Part shown: in pieces, positions 59,701 to 64,000 of the stretch
Layout: each line of letters starts with the position of its first letter
Numbering within the stretch: the first letter of the stretch is position 1
Assembly (NCBI GenBank): GCA_043228905.1
Contig: JBHGNT010000009.1
Coordinates: 13,454,001-13,518,000 of the forward strand
Direction: 5' to 3'
Source of the DNA: Azolla caroliniana
Taxonomy: Eukaryota; Plantae; Polypodiophyta
Length of the DNA: 64,000 nucleotides
The notes under the pieces: generated by a model
What the model was told of the DNA's origin: nothing
Database searches by the model: none
What the model saw: the letters and a program-made list of their open reading frames with translations, nothing else
Translations under genes and position numbers: made by a program

Positions 59701-62337
59701 TGACGGTTGATACAAGTCCAACTGAGATCGGGTGATTCATGATATCCGATCCAATTCGGAGCAAAAGTTCTCAACGAAAGGCAATGCGGATATGCACAAG
59801 TTAAAACAGAATTATGGGGAGTCGTGTCGACAATAAAATCAGATCGAGATTATTTGATCGGAGCCGAAGTCGTGATTGAAAAGGATTGTCTTCCGATACT
59901 CGAGATGATGCGGTGTTGTACGATACCAGATATGGCTATGCTAAGATGGATTGCATATGTAAATTCGCTTAATCTAGAGGTACGACATATCTCCAAAAAA
60001 GACAACGCGGTAGCAAATATGCTGTCAATGGCACGGTTTAGAGACGACATAGCCGAATCTGATAATGAAGAAGTTTCCGAAAACTACTTTACTTTAGAAA
60101 ACATATGCCGGGTGAACGTAATCTGAGAATTTCGGGAAGCCGAATACAAGGGGGAAAGCCTAATGATCGGGAAGGTGCTACAAGAAATCGAGGAATCATC
60201 AGACAATATGGAAAAGAGAGTCGAGATCCAAAGTAAGAAGCGGCAAGTCCGGAAGTTCTTCTTCAACAATGGATTAATCTAGAGGGAACTGAAAAGACCG
60301 GATGGCATACCAGTACGGGTAGTCGGAACAAAACAGCAACAAAATCAAATAATATCCGAATTTCACGAATCCGATTGGGCAGGAAATCGTGGAACATGGG
60401 CAACATTTGCGAAGATCAAGAAAAAATATTGGTGGAAGAATATATACAAAGATGTAGCGGAGTTCAAGGGAAGTTGCGAGAAATGCCAAATCTACTCCGA
60501 AGTTCGACACCGAGATGAATTACATTCGACATTCTCACCGACAATCAACTTCAAATGGATGGTCGACATTGTGGCCATGCCAACCGGGATTGGACAAAAA
60601 AAATACTTGGTATTAGCTCGGGAAAATCTAATGAACAAAGTAGAACGTCGGGCGCTACGGAGGAAAAAAATTTCTGCAGTATGCCAATTTCTCTTCGAAG
60701 AAGTGTTCTGCAGGTACGGGTGCATAGGACAAGTGATTGCGGATCGAGGAGAACTTGACTCTGATGAGGCTAGGGAATTCTTCGCCAAACATGGAGTATG
60801 GTTAACACAATCACGACATACAATCTGGAAGCCAACGGGAAGATCGAACGAGGACATAGTCCAATTATTAAAGCACTTGTAAAAGCATGCGATGGAAGGG
60901 TAAAGAATTGGCTGCAGATGCTTCTGTATGCACTATGGGCAGATCATACAACGCATAGTTCCGTGATCGGTTATATGCCAACAGAACTTATGATTGGCCA
61001 AGCATTGATAATGCCAACGGAAACCGCAATTGCGACATGGACAATGTTGCCGTGGAAGGAAGAGATGAGCCGGGAAGAACTACTAGTGGCTCGGATACGA
61101 CAACTAGAGAGAAGACCCGACAACAAGAAGCGCGGTTCTGGAACAAAAGTTGATTTGACACAAAGCACTATCTACGACCACAGGAGATTGAAGAAGGAGA
61201 TTGGGTGATAGTCTATGACAGTACTTTGGATCATCAACACACAACGATCCGAAAATTCGCAAAAAGGTGGTTCGAACCATACAATGTTCGGAAAGTTTTT
61301 GACAATGGAACTTACCAACTAAGTGAATTCGATGGAACAGTACTACGGGTACCTATAGCAGGGAAACGGGGTAAGATTTTCAAGAAGCGAACTAACGACG
61401 AAACCTATGTGACCTTAGATAAGATCGTCAGTGAGGAGCTATCAGACAAAGATCACGGTGGTGTGGAAAGCGAAGAAAGTGGGCTAGAATTGATAATCGA
61501 CATAAGGGGAGAAAATAAGGGTACTACGGATGAAGGAGAATAACGAGCTACCACAACTTTGGCACATACCAGAGGATGTGCGGGTTCGGAGGGGGTGAGT
61601 GTTGTAGTATATTTCGTACACTACGTGAAAACCGTATATAGTACTAGATTAAATAAATACGAAGAAATAGAAGAAAATATAAAAGTATATATTACATGCA
61701 TAGGGCAAAATTCGAACCTTGTAGCTCCGTGTAAACAATCCCCAAACCTTACCATTGTACTAACATATCATAAGTGATCTAAATATAGATTTAATAGGTA
61801 TAAGTCTTATATTTACGCCTATTTTTATAAAAAAACCAACCCATGCACATTTAGAGTGTGTAAAAACTTTATTTAGAAGAAAAATTCAAACAAAGAAAAA
61901 GTTACTCATGCATGTCTAGAGTGTATGAGCACTATATTTAGGAATTAAAAGCATAGTAGAAAAAGCTATTCAGGGACATCTAGTGTGCATGAATACTTTA
62001 GAAAAGCATTATGTTATGTTTAGCCTCTTCCATCACTATATAAGGACGAGAGAAAGATTAATATGGTTGTTCATATTTTTTTAAGGCTTGATTAATATAT
62101 TATATTCGTGGGATTCACGAATTTGCCATCTATTTCTCTCTTGTAATCTAAATTCATATTCTTTCCTAAAACATTAAGTAATACACTTTACTCATGGGAT
62201 TCACGAGTTTCCTATCTCCCTTTCTTTTAATCTATTCATATTCATAACTAAAATCGTATTAAATTCTTCCTCCTAGTCCAAAACCCCAACGGTTCTCACT
62301 TGACTCACACAACGATCCGGCGCCGAAAGGCACGACA
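56706..62337 (+). mobile_element. Third, more decayed copy of the Trp-primed Gypsy, 5'-truncated; 3' LTR 61600-62337
   Basis: Colinear with about 27252-33018; right flank ACGT. Confidence 0.92.
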
Positions 62338-62341
62338 ACGT

Positions 62342-63175
62342 GAGCAGAGGATGCACCTTCTGGAGTGCGGTCGTCGGTCCTAATCACAGAGAGAGAGAGA
62401 GAGAGAGGGAGGGAGAGAGAGCTTCAGTACTCTGAGCGGCAGAGTTTCCTCCTCCTTAAACCTGGGTCCCTAAAACAATTCCAGGTTGCCCCTTTTATAG
62501 CGCAAGGGATAATCGTTACATCAGGGTTAATGTGCTTTCGTTATCCCCCTTCATTCCCTTCTTAATTTTCGCCCCCATTATTCTCCTCCACCTGCGTGAC
62601 ATTAAAGCTCCTATGAAAGCCTAACTTCCTAGTAATCACCAAAATCCTACCGTTACTTAGTATTTACATATGTCAGTACAAAAGGGGGTGTGCACTTGTG
62701 CACACCCGCATTCACACGCATTTGGCTATGTTTCCCCCCTATGGCCTGAAATCTTCACGACATCCACCCCCACCAAACCACACATCCTCCGATATGTGCC
62801 AGGTAGTGAGTTTAGAGGAGGATTTCCTGGCCATCCTTTACTCATCTTCCTCGTCTGAAACATTGCCTTTGGTCCTCAATGTCGGGTCTTGTTCCACTTC
62901 GTGCTGCTTTTTGAAGGCCTTTATCTGCTTCTCTACTATTGTCGAGCTTTGTGAGGTGGTATGTCGTGTTGTCATTTGTGTTGGTCACTACATATGGCCC
63001 AAATCACTGCTTAGCGAACTTACTCGTAGACTGGTGCTGGTTGTCAAGACTGTTGTTGTAGACCAATACCAAATCACCTTCTTCGAATTTCCTCGGTCAG
63101 AGTCAGTGCGTCTTGTCGAACCGGGCTTTGATATTGGTTCGCGCTTCTTCCATTCTTGTCGTCGCCCGCTCCACG
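62342..63175 (-). mobile_element. 3' end of another relative: integrase tail, hairpin, PPT and partial 3' LTR (62342-62762)
   Basis: NIKARFDKTH..GDLVLVY..GPYVVT; GCACAT..ATGTG hairpin; PPT GGTGGGGGTGGA followed by TGTCGTGAAGAT. Confidence 0.8.
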
Positions 63176-64000
63176 TGTTCACCAACCCCACCTACCGAGA
63201 AGCCAGACCCACCCCACGCCCCCCAGGATATCCTCGGCATATTAGAAGAGGAGTAAAACAAACCCATAAGCCCTTGTATAAACGAGCAACTTTTGTAATT
63301 TGTTTTGTTTTTGCCAAATCCGTGGTTATCCCTCCACATTGTGAACTGTGGGTCCGACGGACAAAGTCCTATCCCACGGGCGTGGCAGGTGTTGTCCATA
63401 GGCCAGAAATATAAATACATTATGCAAACTCGCCGGTAGGTAGAATAGTAGGTGAGGAAATAGGTAGAACTAGAAATAGTCGAGTTTTTAGCCCTCACAA
63501 TCAGCTGATGGCTTGGCTTTGTCTGAAGAGGAAAACTATATAACCCGAGATATGCATACCTCAAGAGGAGGAGGATATAGATTATTTAGTAAGATTACTA
63601 TCATAGCACTGAGCTCTGCACAACCTGTTCCCGGCCGAGCGCCGTGTACTGTAATCGCTGTGAGCTTTAGAATTTAATATAAGTTTCGCTCTTACTATTC
63701 TTTTATCTCTGTATTCTCCCCGTACTCGTAAACCGAGCTACGTTTATGCCTAATGGGTTGTAGCCCGTGTACGATCCTCGTTCTCCTATCATCTTCTCAG
63801 TGTAGAAGAGGCTTCTACGTAACATGATACCTTGATACCGATAACCTGTGGGCTCATCGAAGGTGTTTCCCCAGAAACGGTTAACAGCCTCCGCTCAAGT
63901 TGTCAGATGTGAGCCACCAACAACTCCTCCCTACTCATTTCGTTGGCCTAGTCGACTACCTTCCAGGAGGTAATTGTTCATTCCACCAGCATGATGGGTT

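Noticed and set aside
1-64000. Prokaryotic defence system or operon
   Set aside because: All recognisable coding sequence is eukaryotic transposon-derived.

Overview
Eukaryotic, land-plant-type heterochromatic DNA. The element mix (tRNA-Trp-primed non-chromovirus Ty3/Gypsy, Tcn1-like chromovirus, Tnt1-like Copia, CCCTAAA telomere repeat) suggests a moss such as Physcomitrium, but that is inference. No host gene is supportable; the window is a nest of LTR retrotransposons. One element is young and intact (25705-33018: near-identical LTRs, open gag-PR and RT-RH-INT ORFs, 4-bp TSD). It sits inside a rearranged chromovirus (20977-36106, 5-bp TSD), which sits inside a Copia gag. Also present: decayed relatives, a complete non-autonomous element (7869-13039), solo LTRs and an intron-containing Sola2-like DNA-transposase relic. 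Best leads, mostly in the Trp-primed Gypsy family: (1) an antisense tRNA-like Pol III A-box/B-box module in its LTRs; (2) a -1 frameshift signal (G GAT TTT plus predicted pseudoknot) between protease and RT; (3) insertion sites centred on CpG with 4-bp TSDs; (4) a U3 module shared between a Gypsy LTR and a Copia LTR; (5) a conserved hairpin just before the PPT; (6) a telomere-repeat patch inside a gag. All alignments and counts were made by eye.
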